A DNA stretch of 47,589 nucleotides from an uncultured Candidatus Saccharibacteria bacterium (GTDB lineage: Bacteria > Patescibacteriota > Minisyncoccia > Phycocordibacterales > PALSA-1337), in NCBI GenBank assembly GCA_964587205.1, contig CAZPKQ010000001.1:1-47589 (forward strand). Direction: 5' to 3'. The position numbers and the translations under genes were made by a program. Positions 24,888 through 34,363 of this stretch are shown one piece after another (position 1 is the stretch's first letter; each line of letters opens with the position of its first letter). The notes under the pieces were generated by a model. The model was not told the origin of the DNA. It saw only the letters and a program-made list of their open reading frames with translations, and did no database searches.

Positions 24888-25865
24888 TTACCTAGCTCTC
24901 TCCAACAAATGCTCTATAAAATGGTGTAAATCACTACCCACAGCCCTCAAAGCCTTAGGAAATAATGATTCTTCGGTAAGTCCTGGAAGTGTATTGACCT
25001 CCAAGGTATAAATTCCACGCCTTGGGTGGATGATAAAATCGGATCGTGAATAATGTCTAAGTCCCATAATCTCATGAATCTTTTTTGATAATTCTTCTAT
25101 TTCCCTTTTTATTTTCGAAGAAAATGTAGCCGGAACTATCTCTCTAGTTTCATTGCCATACTTGGCATTATAATCAAAAAACTCTGAAGCGGGTCGTATC
25201 TCGACAGGAGGCAAAGCATAGAATCTCTCACCACGGAAATGATCGATCACTCCGCAAGTCGCCTCTATACCCTTGATATATTCTTCGACTATGACTTCAT
25301 CACTGTGAGCCGAAGCGTTGTACAAAGCTGGATAGAAATCGCTAAATTTCCTAACGATTGAAACGCCGACAGATGAACCGCTTGCGCTAGGTTTGACGAC
25401 AGCCGGCATGACAAAAGAATTGAACAGATCTCTCAATATTGATTCTGGCTCATTTTGGATCTCTCCACTTGAAATGACTACTGCATAAGGATTTTTGATA
25501 CCATGACTGTTTAGAATTTTCTTGGTCATGACTTTATTCATGCCGATAGCCGAGCTTGCCGATCCACTTCCAGTAAAAGGTATTTTGTGCCATTCAAGTA
25601 GAGACTGGATCTTGCCGTCTTCACCATAAGTACCGTGTAAGGCGTTGAATACTACATCAACAAGAGAATGCAAACCGGTGACGCTAATCGGATTGCCCTC
25701 ATGAGTCCAATTGCCATTTCTGTCGATAATAATATCGAAGGGTCGGTACTTATCCGATAGATGCTCATTTATCGATTTTGCTACAGCCTGACCAGTACGA
25801 AGAGAGACCTCTGCTTCTGCCGAAGGTCCACCACGCAAAATTCCAACTCTTACTATGTGAGACAT
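24888..25865 (-). CDS. ddl: D-alanine--D-alanine ligase
   Basis: 325 aa with ATP-grasp Ddl patterns (...FNALHGTYGEDGKIQSLLE..., ...LEVNTLPGLTE...). TATAAT lies 6 nt upstream of the ATG. Confidence 0.93.
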   Translation of the reverse strand: MSHIVRVGILRGGPSAEAEVSLRTGQAVAKSINEHLSDKYRPFDIIIDRNGNWTHEGNPISVTGLHSLVDVVFNALHGTYGEDGKIQSLLEWHKIPFTGSGSASSAIGMNKVMTKKILNSHGIKNPYAVVISSGEIQNEPESILRDLFNSFVMPAVVKPSASGSSVGVSIVRKFSDFYPALYNASAHSDEVIVEEYIKGIEATCGVIDHFRGERFYALPPVEIRPASEFFDYNAKYGNETREIVPATFSSKIKREIEELSKKIHEIMGLRHYSRSDFIIHPRRGIYTLEVNTLPGLTEESLFPKALRAVGSDLHHFIEHLLERAR

Positions 25866-25884
25866 AAGAGTATTATAACTCTAT

Positions 25885-27114
25885 TTAGCCAAGACCAAAA
25901 CTTTTATCCCTCAATTGGCGATGGTATTTGATAGAAAATCTATGCGCTTCAGCATTTATTGAGACAATATTTGATTTGAATTTTGAAATTAATTCTGGAT
26001 TACCGACAAAACTATTAGCTTTGTGCCTGCTATCCTTGGTTACAGCTACTATAGGTAAATTGAATCTTCTTGCTTGCAATACTGCTTCAGCAACTTTGAC
26101 ATGTCTTTCATCACCATCGACTACCAAAAGATCTGGGAATGCCCATTCACTATGATTGAATCTTCTGGTCAAAATTTCTTTCAAACCAGCCAAATCATCA
26201 TTTTTGTCTAAAGAAATTTTGAATTTGCGATATTCATTTTTATTGAAAATACCATTTTCCATGACAACCATAGTACCGACGACATCTTGCCCTGAAATGT
26301 GCGCTATATCATAAGCTTCAATCCTAAAATTTTTATTGCTATAACTTTCTTTTGATTTTTTGATAAGGGAAATATCATTGATATGATCCAAAGCATACAG
26401 AAGTTTTTTGCAAGAATTGGCCTGCTCAAATTTTTGATTTTGAGCACTCTCTTTCATTTCTTTTTTTAGTTCTGCTTTGAGCGTTGCGACTTTATTATCA
26501 AAAAATAAGATCAGATTATTGATTGTCTTATTGTACTCTGTGAGATTTTGATCTCTAGAAATATCTGGCGCCCGACCAATAGCACTATAAAAAGCTTGGT
26601 GTCTTTCATCGACAGATTTTTGATCTCTATAGGGAAAGATTTTTCTCAAAATTTTCAAAGCTTCTTTGATAAGACCTGCATCAGTAAAAGGACCAAAGAC
26701 TTTTTTTACTTTGTATGGCAGTGTTCCCAAAGAATTCATTTTGTCGTAATCTCTAACCCTAACCAAAAAGACTCGAGGCCATTCTTCTTCGGTAATAATG
26801 ACATACTGATCACTTTTATCATCTCTATCATCGACATTGTAGGTAGGTTGATAGCGCTTGATCAGATTACTTTCAAGAACGATTGCCTCCAAAACACTTT
26901 TTGTTTCTTCCCAGGTAATGAATTTTGCCTTGGTGATCATATCGACAATTCTCGGACCCCTTGTTTCAATCAAATCATTGGCAAAATAGCTCTTAGTGCG
27001 ATCTTTGAGTGACGTTGCTCGGCCAATGTAAATAGGACGCTTCCGATAATCGCGAAAGATGTACACCCCCGGACTATCGGGTATTTTTTTGTTTTTTATA
27101 TATGTAAAATTCAT
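25885..27114 (-). CDS. uvrC: Excinuclease ABC subunit C, short form
   Basis: GIY-YIG N-terminus (PGVYIFRD...IYIGRATSLKDRTKSYF) and a RNase-H-like endonuclease region (IEAYDIAHISGQDVVG). At 409 aa there is no room for the C-terminal (HhH)2 domain. Confidence 0.85.
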   Translation of the reverse strand: MNFTYIKNKKIPDSPGVYIFRDYRKRPIYIGRATSLKDRTKSYFANDLIETRGPRIVDMITKAKFITWEETKSVLEAIVLESNLIKRYQPTYNVDDRDDKSDQYVIITEEEWPRVFLVRVRDYDKMNSLGTLPYKVKKVFGPFTDAGLIKEALKILRKIFPYRDQKSVDERHQAFYSAIGRAPDISRDQNLTEYNKTINNLILFFDNKVATLKAELKKEMKESAQNQKFEQANSCKKLLYALDHINDISLIKKSKESYSNKNFRIEAYDIAHISGQDVVGTMVVMENGIFNKNEYRKFKISLDKNDDLAGLKEILTRRFNHSEWAFPDLLVVDGDERHVKVAEAVLQARRFNLPIVAVTKDSRHKANSFVGNPELISKFKSNIVSINAEAHRFSIKYHRQLRDKSFGLG

Positions 27115-27195
27115 TAATTTTGTCGCACTGCGTCACCGCAAGGGACAAGTATTTTATACCAGATTTTAGACGAATTGGCACTGCAGTTGGTTTTG

Positions 27196-27229
27196 CTTTA
27201 TTTTAAACTCTATGACACTACCGCCTTCA
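27196..27229. repeat. Copy B of the ychF-3'-end-like repeat
   Basis: Contains the 21-mer TTAAACTCTATGACACTACCG, identical to copy A. Covers the SET gene stop codon. Confidence 0.85.
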
Positions 27230-27629
27230 AATACTCATCATTACTTTCCTCATCTACCGCATCAATTGCTTGATAATCAATAGTCATTTCTTCTCCAATT
27301 TCAATATCTCTTGTAGCAACCGTGCAAATTTCAGCGTCACCTTCAGATAATTTTTCATCTTCAGCGATGTTTGGATTTGTAGAATGATTCGTGAATCTGG
27401 TGTTGTCGATAGAATAGACATATTTGCCACTCTTTTTCGAAAGATAAGCAAAATGGACTATCAAATCCTTTTGCAAGTCCGGCATTTTTTGTACCTCACT
27501 AGAATCAAAATATAAATCGAATCGTGGATCAAATTTCCAAGTCACAGTTCCTTTCGGAATAAACTGATCTGCGAATAATCCGATACCTTCAATGTGACTT
27601 TGTCCGATCTTAGTTTTAACAATTAGCAT
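27210..27629 (-). CDS. SET-domain protein (putative lysine methyltransferase)
   Basis: 139 aa with ...IEGIGLFADQFIPKGT..., ...RFTNHSTNPNI... and ...GEEMTIDY. TATAAT lies 6 nt upstream of the ATG. Confidence 0.8.
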   Translation of the reverse strand: MLIVKTKIGQSHIEGIGLFADQFIPKGTVTWKFDPRFDLYFDSSEVQKMPDLQKDLIVHFAYLSKKSGKYVYSIDNTRFTNHSTNPNIAEDEKLSEGDAEICTVATRDIEIGEEMTIDYQAIDAVDEESNDEYLKAVVS

Positions 27630-27651
27630 GAGATTATTATACTGGAAACTC

Positions 27652-27685
27652 GACTAACCTTAAACTCTATGATACCACTATCTTC
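27652..27685. repeat. Copy C of the ychF-3'-end-like repeat
   Basis: TTAAACTCTATGATACCACTATCTTC matches copy A at 22 of 26 positions. Lies between the membrane-protein stop and the SET start. Confidence 0.8.
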
Positions 27686-27691
27686 TCAATA

Positions 27692-28060
27692 CTATTTCTG
27701 AAACATCTCAACCTTCTGTTGTTCCCAGACCTTTGTATTATAGATAGTCAAACTCATAGTAACAATCAGAGGAATAAGACAGAATATCAAAGCAAACAAT
27801 GAAAACATCAAACTACTCGAGCTCGCTTGCTTAATTTTTCTCCAAGAAATAATAGTCAAGATCACACTGATCAAAAAGATTAGTACTACTCCCCAAAACA
27901 TAAATCCTCGAGAATCGATACTACTAAACCCTCCACCTATAATGATTCCAAATATAAGAATTGCATTACATGGAATTGATATAGCCGACAGTATTGATAA
28001 TATTCGTGAAATCGACATTTTGTTCATGGGTTTATTATAACTCATAATTTCCGAAATCAT
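27692..28060 (-). CDS. Hypothetical multi-pass membrane protein
   Basis: 122 aa with three or four hydrophobic segments. Confidence 0.6.
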   Translation of the reverse strand: MISEIMSYNKPMNKMSISRILSILSAISIPCNAILIFGIIIGGGFSSIDSRGFMFWGVVLIFLISVILTIISWRKIKQASSSSLMFSLFALIFCLIPLIVTMSLTIYNTKVWEQQKVEMFQK

Positions 28061-28084
28061 AAAATCTTTAGCAACATTTTGATC

Positions 28085-30787
28085 CTAACCCCTCAAATAC
28101 TTTTTGAGATATTTACCAGTATAACTATTGGCATTTTTCGCCACATCCTCCGGTGTACCTCTTGCGACAATATTACCTCCTCTTTCACCACCTTCTGGAC
28201 CAATATCGACGATATAGTCTGCGTTTTTAATTAAATCCAAATTGTGTTCGATAACTACTACGGTATTACCTTTGTCTACGAGCTTAGTCAAAATTTCTAT
28301 CAACTTCTTCACATCTTCATAATGCAAACCAACGGTCGGCTCATCGAGTAGATAGATAGTCTTTTGCAAATGTGCTCGATATAGCTCAGAAGAAATCTTG
28401 ACTCTTTGCGCTTCACCACCGGAGAGAGTCGTTGCAGATTGACCTAGCTTGATATAACCCAAACCAACATCCATGAGAGTTTGTAGACGATCTTCGACCG
28501 CTGGTATATCCTTGAAAAATTCCAAACCTTCTTCGATCGTCAATTCCAATACTTCATGAATATTCTTTTTGCGATACTTGATATCCAAAGTCTCCTTCAT
28601 GAAGCGTTTTCCATTACAAACATCACAAGTGACATAGACAGTCGGCAAGAAGTGCATCTCAACGGCTATTTCCCCATTACCCTCGCAGGCTTCACAGCGA
28701 CCACCAGGACGATTGAAAGAAAATCTTCCTGCCCCCCAACCACGCGCTCGAGCTTCCGGTTCACTAGCAAAAAGATCACGAATATGAGTCCAAGCGCCAG
28801 TATATGTAGCAGGATTTGATCTTGGAGTGCGTCCGATGGGAGATTGATCTATGAGGATTACTCGACCCAAATATTCTGAACCGGTAAAAGTTTTGCAATT
28901 AACTGTTTCATTACTTCTTACTCTAGCCTCCAGTCTTTTTTGTAAATTTCTATATAAAATTTCATACATAAGAGACGATTTACCGGATCCCGACACACCA
29001 GTGATGACATTTAGACTGCCGAGAGGAATTTCGACATCCATGTTTTTTATATTAAAAACTTTGCCACCTCTAATAGAAATCTTGCCCTTCGGTTCTCTTC
29101 TCTTTTCTGGAACAGGGATTTTCTCTTCACCTCGAAGATATGCCAAGGTCAAAGATCCGGTATGATTTTTCTTTGCTTCCAATAATTCTTGCAAATAACC
29201 AGAAGCAACCACGCGCCCACCATGGACGCCCGCTCCTAGACCGATATCAACAATATAATCAGAAGCATACATAGTATCTTCATCGTGTTCGACGACTACG
29301 ATAGTATTGCCCAAATCACGAAGCCTTATAAGAGTGCTGATAAGACGATCATTGTCTCTTTGATGTAGACCGATAGTCGGTTCATCTAGGACATAGAGAG
29401 CGCCAACTAACCCTGAACCAAGTTGTGAAGCGAGACGGATTCTTTGTGCCTCACCACCAGAAAGAGTATGCGCTCGTCTATCAAGAGTTAGATATTCGAT
29501 ACCGACATTGACCATGAAATGTAATCTTTCGCTAATTTCCTTGAGAACAACTTTGGCAATCTCTTTTTCTACTGGAGTCAAATTGATATTTTGGAAATAT
29601 TCTTCGGCTTTTTCTATTGACAATGAAGTCAACTCTACAATATTTTTACCGTCAATCAAAACACTCAAAGCTTCTTTTCTTAATCTTGCACCATTACAAG
29701 TCTTACATGGATCATCTGAGAAAATAGTCTCGGTACCCAAACCATTACAAGCTTCGCAAGCACCATAGGGTGAATTGAATGAAAAGAGTCTAGGCTCAAC
29801 TTCTGGATATGAAAAACCATCGTAAGGACACATGAACTTGACCGACATCAATTCGCCCATATAGTCTTTATTTTCACTTGGATATTCGATACGGATCAAA
29901 CCATCAGCTTCGTGAATAGCTCTTTCCAAAGATTCAGAAAGTCTTTCTCTAGCATTTTCGGCTATCTTTGCTTCTTCTTCGGTTATCTTACTCTTACCAT
30001 CACCGCTTCTAAATTCACTAATGAAAATCTCATCGACCAAAACTTCTATATCGTGCTTTTTATTTTTGTCCAAAACAATCCGATCTCTAAGTCTAAATTC
30101 TTGACCGTCAATCCTGACTCTTTCATAACCCTTACCCAAAAAGTCATAAAGCATTTGGTAATATTCTCCTTTGCGACCAAGGACGACTGGAGCATAAATC
30201 TTGATTTTGGCATTGCTAATATCGACACCAAAAACTTTTTTTGCCTTGGTCGTCCTTTCATTTATAGTCTGAAGAACAGTCTTCATGATCTCTTCTTTTG
30301 AAATACGGTTTATAGGTCTATTACATATGAGACAATGTGGTTTACCGATGCGAGCATAGAGGACGCGGAGATAATCATATATCTCGGTAATAGTAGCCAC
30401 TGTTGAGCGAGGATTATTTGATCTGGATTTCTGATCGATAGAAATGGCTGGCGACAGACCTGTAATCTCATCGACATCAGGCTTCTGCATTTTGTGGAGG
30501 AACTGACGCGCGTAGGCCGAAAGAGATTCGACATATCGTCGTTGCCCCTCGGCAAAAATAGTATCAAAAGCAAGAGAAGACTTGCCGGAACCAGAAAGGC
30601 CGGTAATAGCAATCATTTTGTTGCGAGGCATTTCAACCGTGATATTTTTGAGATTGTGAGTGCGCGCGCCCTTGACCACAATCTTGTCTTCTCGAGAAAT
30701 ATTGGTAGAGGCAGAACTGCGCACAGTAGAATGTTCGCGTGTATCGGAATTCGAATTTTGATTAACTAATTTTTTGCTTGGTGACAT
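28085..30787 (-). CDS. uvrA: Excinuclease ABC subunit A
   Basis: Two ABC modules (GLSGSGKSSL, GVSGSGKSSL, LSGGEAQR twice) and zinc-finger Cys clusters. I prefer the ATG at 30787 (the track start at 30808 is TTG). TGCTATTAT lies 9 nt upstream. Confidence 0.96.
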   Translation of the reverse strand: MSPSKKLVNQNSNSDTREHSTVRSSASTNISREDKIVVKGARTHNLKNITVEMPRNKMIAITGLSGSGKSSLAFDTIFAEGQRRYVESLSAYARQFLHKMQKPDVDEITGLSPAISIDQKSRSNNPRSTVATITEIYDYLRVLYARIGKPHCLICNRPINRISKEEIMKTVLQTINERTTKAKKVFGVDISNAKIKIYAPVVLGRKGEYYQMLYDFLGKGYERVRIDGQEFRLRDRIVLDKNKKHDIEVLVDEIFISEFRSGDGKSKITEEEAKIAENARERLSESLERAIHEADGLIRIEYPSENKDYMGELMSVKFMCPYDGFSYPEVEPRLFSFNSPYGACEACNGLGTETIFSDDPCKTCNGARLRKEALSVLIDGKNIVELTSLSIEKAEEYFQNINLTPVEKEIAKVVLKEISERLHFMVNVGIEYLTLDRRAHTLSGGEAQRIRLASQLGSGLVGALYVLDEPTIGLHQRDNDRLISTLIRLRDLGNTIVVVEHDEDTMYASDYIVDIGLGAGVHGGRVVASGYLQELLEAKKNHTGSLTLAYLRGEEKIPVPEKRREPKGKISIRGGKVFNIKNMDVEIPLGSLNVITGVSGSGKSSLMYEILYRNLQKRLEARVRSNETVNCKTFTGSEYLGRVILIDQSPIGRTPRSNPATYTGAWTHIRDLFASEPEARARGWGAGRFSFNRPGGRCEACEGNGEIAVEMHFLPTVYVTCDVCNGKRFMKETLDIKYRKKNIHEVLELTIEEGLEFFKDIPAVEDRLQTLMDVGLGYIKLGQSATTLSGGEAQRVKISSELYRAHLQKTIYLLDEPTVGLHYEDVKKLIEILTKLVDKGNTVVVIEHNLDLIKNADYIVDIGPEGGERGGNIVARGTPEDVAKNANSYTGKYLKKYLRG

Positions 30788-30832
30788 AACTGGCGGATAA
30801 TAGCACAAAAAAGCGCACTTGGCGAGTTGCTT

Positions 30833-30885
30833 CCCGAAGCTTCACCTCAGGGTATTTATAAGTTTGTGAGGTTTAACCTCACAAA
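30833..30885 (-). promoter_or_regulatory. Upstream module of uvrA: 23-bp palindrome P1 plus a conserved hairpin
   Basis: P1 is TTTGTGAGGTTTAACCTCACAAA (30863-30885), with 11-bp arms around one central nt. The hairpin is CCCGAAGCTTCACCTCAGGG (30833-30852). The same pair lies upstream of clpB. Confidence 0.7.
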
Positions 30886-30926
30886 AAATAAATAAAAGAA
30901 AACCCCCCAAGCTTTCGCAAGAGGGG
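30886..30926 (-). terminator. Intrinsic terminator ending the GC-rich unit
   Basis: Minus strand reads CCCCTCTTGC-GAAA-GCTTGGGGGG (GNRA loop) followed by TTTTCTTTTATTTATTTTTT. Confidence 0.8.
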
Positions 30927-31470
30927 TAAAGGGAGGAGCCGAGGGACAGAGTCCGTAGCCGTCCTACCCTTTCGGTGCCAGTTCGCGTTGCCGTTAGGCC
31001 GATTGCGAATGTGGTACGTTGCCACCCCAATACTGTACTGTTCGAAGTAAGGGGTGGCAGGTGGCTGGAGTGACAAGCGATGGTAAACGAGGGCGGGCAG
31101 CCCTAGCTCATTTACCAAGTTGTGCGTGTCACTCCCGCCGAGCCGGGCTGGTCAGCCGCTCGCCGGGGTCGTCGAGGCGAGGGTGCCGCCGGAGGTCGGG
31201 GTCGTCGTCGAGAATTTCGCTTTACCAGTGATGATCATCTGGCGATTCATCGGCGGTCCATTCATGTTGGCTCCTTGGGGGTCCTTAAACCCCCTTTGTA
31301 TGAGACGACCCCATTCGGGTGTCGTCTCGGTGTTGTTTGGCCCCACCGTCGTGGCGGGACCGGGTTCGTTGCACATTGGCCACGAGTTATCGCTTTTCCT
31401 TGCCCACTGGGCAGGTCGGCATTCCTCATCGGTCAACGTGTCTGGTAGTACTAGACACCTTTCATATTTT
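30927..31470 (-). other. GC-rich, helix-dense transcription unit of unknown nature (structured RNA and/or micro-protein gene)
   Basis: TTGACA lies upstream at 31472-31477 on the minus strand, and a terminator closes the unit at 30886-30926. Clear helices are listed in the findings. All six frames are open because of GC. Confidence 0.4.
31152..31265 (-). CDS. Possible 37-aa Thr/Ser/Pro/Gly-rich peptide
   Basis: ATG at 31265 with AAGGAG (31271-31276) 5 nt upstream. Peptide is MNGPPMNRQMIITGKAKFSTTTPTSGGTLASTTPASG. The frame is also open upstream, so the length is uncertain. Confidence 0.35.
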   Translation of the reverse strand: MNGPPMNRQMIITGKAKFSTTTPTSGGTLASTTPASG

Positions 31471-31598
31471 TTGTCAAGTGTTTGAATAGACCCAATGTAA
31501 TTGATCAAACTTAATAGAAAATACAAAATGATTATTAAGATAAATTACCTATATTTATAGCCATAAAATAAGTTGGGTATCATAAATCCGCACCTAAC

Positions 31599-31621
31599 TT
31601 TGCGAGGTTAAACCTCGCAAA
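31599..31621. promoter_or_regulatory. Palindrome P2
   Basis: TTTGCGAGGTTAAACCTCGCAAA, perfect 11+1+11. Lies between the clpB stop and the GC-rich unit. Confidence 0.7.
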
Positions 31622-31641
31622 AAATATATAAAATAAAACCC

Positions 31642-34323
31642 TTAGACTAGACCTCGAGAGAAATCTGGTACAACAACAGGACTTTCACCTTTTGAGCGTT
31701 TTTTGATGTCAAATGTAAACTTGTCATTTCGATAATCAACGGTAATCCTACCTCCCTTCGAGACATCTTGGGCGATCAGATGATTTGCCACTGGTGTCAG
31801 GATCTTGGTCTGTATCAATCTACGCAAAGGTCTTGCTCCGTATTGAGGATTGTAACCTTCTTTTGCCAAATATTCGTATACGGAAGGAGTGACTACAAGA
31901 TCGATTTGTTTGTCAGCCAATCTTCGGATGATTTCACCAACCTGTATCTCAACAATTTTCTTGATTGATTCAACATTCAAAATATCAAAGATAATTATGT
32001 CATCTATACGATTTAGAAATTCTGGACGGAAATAATCCTTGAGAGCAGAATTAATCTTGCTCTTTGCTTCATCATAATTGTCTCGATCACGATTGTCAGT
32101 ATTTGCAGCAAAACCCAATTTTTCCATTCTTTGGATATGCTGAGCGCCGATATTGGAAGTCATGATAATAACCGTATTTCGGAAATTGACTGTTCTGCCT
32201 TTGGAATCTGTAAGTTTTCCATTATCAAGAACCTGAAGGAGAATATTGAAAACTTCAGGATGAGCTTTTTCTATTTCATCAAAAAGAATGACAGAATAAG
32301 GTCGATGACGAACCATTTCGGTCAAACCACCTGATTCGTCAAATCCGACATAGCCTGGAGGAGCACCGATCAATTTTGATACGGAATGCTTTTCCATAAA
32401 TTCGGACATATCGACTCTGATCAAAGCTTTTTCATCATTGAATAGAAATTCTGCCAAAGCTTTTGTAAGTTCGGTCTTACCGACTCCTGTAGGACCAAGG
32501 AAAATGAATGAACCAATAGGGCGATTTGGATCTGCGATACCAGCTCTCGAACGTCTGATTGTATCTGCGATCTTCTGGACAGCTTCATTTTGACCGACTA
32601 CCCTCTTTTCCAATTCGGCTTCCATCCTTGTAAGCTTGATCGCTTCTGACTCAAGCATCCTTGTGACAGGTATACCTGTCCAACGCGAGACCACATCCGC
32701 TATGTCTTCTGATGTTATCTCTTCTTTTAGAATTCTCCTCGACGCTTGTAGTTTCCTCAAGCGCTTGTTTTTGGTCTCTAACTCTTTTTCTAAACTAGGT
32801 ATTTTGCCATAGCGAATCTCAGCTGCTTTTGCTAGGTCTGACCTCGCTTCTGCAGCTTCTCCTTCTATCCTTATCGCTTCCAACTCTTTTTTGAGTTTCT
32901 TGATACTTGCTATGGTTTCCTTTTCATTTTTCCATTTCAATTCGAGTTCGCTAGTACCTTCCTTTAGGTCTGCGATCTCTTTTTCGATCGCTTGCATTCT
33001 TGCCTTAGCGACTTTGTCACTTTCTTTCTTCAATGCTTCACGCTCAATCTCCAAACGCATAATCTTGCGTCTGGTCTCTTCAAGCTGTGGTGGCATATTT
33101 TCTAGAGATATACGCAATGAAGAAGAGGCTTCATCGATAAGATCGACTACCTTGTCAGGCAAGAATCTGTCGGCAATATAACGACTTGCAAGATTGACAG
33201 CCGAAACAATCGCATCGTCTGTAATCCTGACACCATGATAAAGCTCGTATTTTTCTTTGAGACCACGCAAGATAGCTATAGCATCCTCGACGCTTGGTTC
33301 ATTGACATGGACTGGTTGGAATCTTCTTGTAAGCGCTGGGTCCTTCTCAATATGCTTTTGATATTCTTTGAGTGTAGTCGCTCCGATTGCTCGCAACTCA
33401 CCTCGAGCCAAAGCTGGTTTTAGCATATTTGAGGCATCCATAGAACCTTCCGATGCACCAGCACCGACAAGAGTATGGATCTCATCTATAAATAAAATAA
33501 TCTTGCCTTCTGATTTTTCTACTTCTTTCAAAATGTTTTTGAGTCTCTCTTCGAACTCTCCGCGATATTTTGTCCCCGCAATAAGTGAACCGAGATCAAG
33601 CGAAACAAGCTCTTTATCCTTCAATGATTCTGGCACATCACCTTGAGCCATACGGATCGCCAAACCTTCGACAATAGCAGTCTTACCAACACCAGCTTCA
33701 CCGATAAGGATCGGATTGTTCTTTGTGCGTCTTGATAGTATCTGAATAATGCGCATGATTTCAGAATCACGACCGATCACTGGATCGAGTTTATTTTCGT
33801 GAGCGAGCTTAGTAAGCGATCGAGCATATTTAAATAATGTTCGGAATTTTTTTGGTTCGGCACCTTTTGCATTTGGATTGGCTTTGATCTCATCGATAAC
33901 CTTCGAAACCGCTTGTCTCTCGATCTTGAAACGGGCAAGAATGTCTTTTGCACTACAAGGAACATCGAATATCGACAAGAAAATGTGTTCGGTAGATATA
34001 AATTCATCTTTGAAACTTGAAGCGATCTTGACCGAATTGTCCAAAATCTGAGCTAGATCTGGAGTGAGATAGATCTGGTATGAAGGTGATAAGACATTGG
34101 AACCTTCGGGTGATTCGATATTTTCCAAGACAACATCGATAAGCATCGGAGTATCTATCTCCAACTTGTCCAAAATAGAAGCAACCATGCTTTCCTCCTG
34201 CAATACCAAAGCACAAAGCAAATGAATAGGATTTACATGGTTTTGTCCCCTTTCTATGGCCAATTCATGGGCTCTCCTAAGCGCTTCTTTGGCTTTTGTA
34301 GTCAATTTATTTAATGGAGGCAT
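31642..34323 (-). CDS. clpB: ATP-dependent chaperone ClpB
   Basis: 893 aa with two AAA+ modules ([30 protein letters not shown]) and a long middle coiled coil. TAGTAT lies 6 nt upstream of the ATG. Confidence 0.96.
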   Translation of the reverse strand: MPPLNKLTTKAKEALRRAHELAIERGQNHVNPIHLLCALVLQEESMVASILDKLEIDTPMLIDVVLENIESPEGSNVLSPSYQIYLTPDLAQILDNSVKIASSFKDEFISTEHIFLSIFDVPCSAKDILARFKIERQAVSKVIDEIKANPNAKGAEPKKFRTLFKYARSLTKLAHENKLDPVIGRDSEIMRIIQILSRRTKNNPILIGEAGVGKTAIVEGLAIRMAQGDVPESLKDKELVSLDLGSLIAGTKYRGEFEERLKNILKEVEKSEGKIILFIDEIHTLVGAGASEGSMDASNMLKPALARGELRAIGATTLKEYQKHIEKDPALTRRFQPVHVNEPSVEDAIAILRGLKEKYELYHGVRITDDAIVSAVNLASRYIADRFLPDKVVDLIDEASSSLRISLENMPPQLEETRRKIMRLEIEREALKKESDKVAKARMQAIEKEIADLKEGTSELELKWKNEKETIASIKKLKKELEAIRIEGEAAEARSDLAKAAEIRYGKIPSLEKELETKNKRLRKLQASRRILKEEITSEDIADVVSRWTGIPVTRMLESEAIKLTRMEAELEKRVVGQNEAVQKIADTIRRSRAGIADPNRPIGSFIFLGPTGVGKTELTKALAEFLFNDEKALIRVDMSEFMEKHSVSKLIGAPPGYVGFDESGGLTEMVRHRPYSVILFDEIEKAHPEVFNILLQVLDNGKLTDSKGRTVNFRNTVIIMTSNIGAQHIQRMEKLGFAANTDNRDRDNYDEAKSKINSALKDYFRPEFLNRIDDIIIFDILNVESIKKIVEIQVGEIIRRLADKQIDLVVTPSVYEYLAKEGYNPQYGARPLRRLIQTKILTPVANHLIAQDVSKGGRITVDYRNDKFTFDIKKRSKGESPVVVPDFSRGLV

Positions 34324-34363
34324 AACAACATACTAATACAGAAATATAGCCATAGTCAATCTA

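Noticed and set aside
30863-30885. Palindrome as a CIRCE (HrcA), HAIR (HspR), CtsR or LexA box
   Set aside because: The sequence TTGCGAGGTT-N-AACCTCGCAA does not match the consensus of any of these operators as I remember them. Its regulator is therefore unknown.
30842-31526. Identification of the GC-rich unit as RNase P RNA, tmRNA or SRP RNA, and the several 60-124-aa ORFs on both strands
   Set aside because: I could not find the P4 GAAAGUCC / ACAGAA...GGCUUA pair, a tRNA-like acceptor/T-arm with a tag ORF, or the SRP domain-IV GGAAGCAGC motif on either strand. The long ORFs mutually overlap and are typical GC artefacts.
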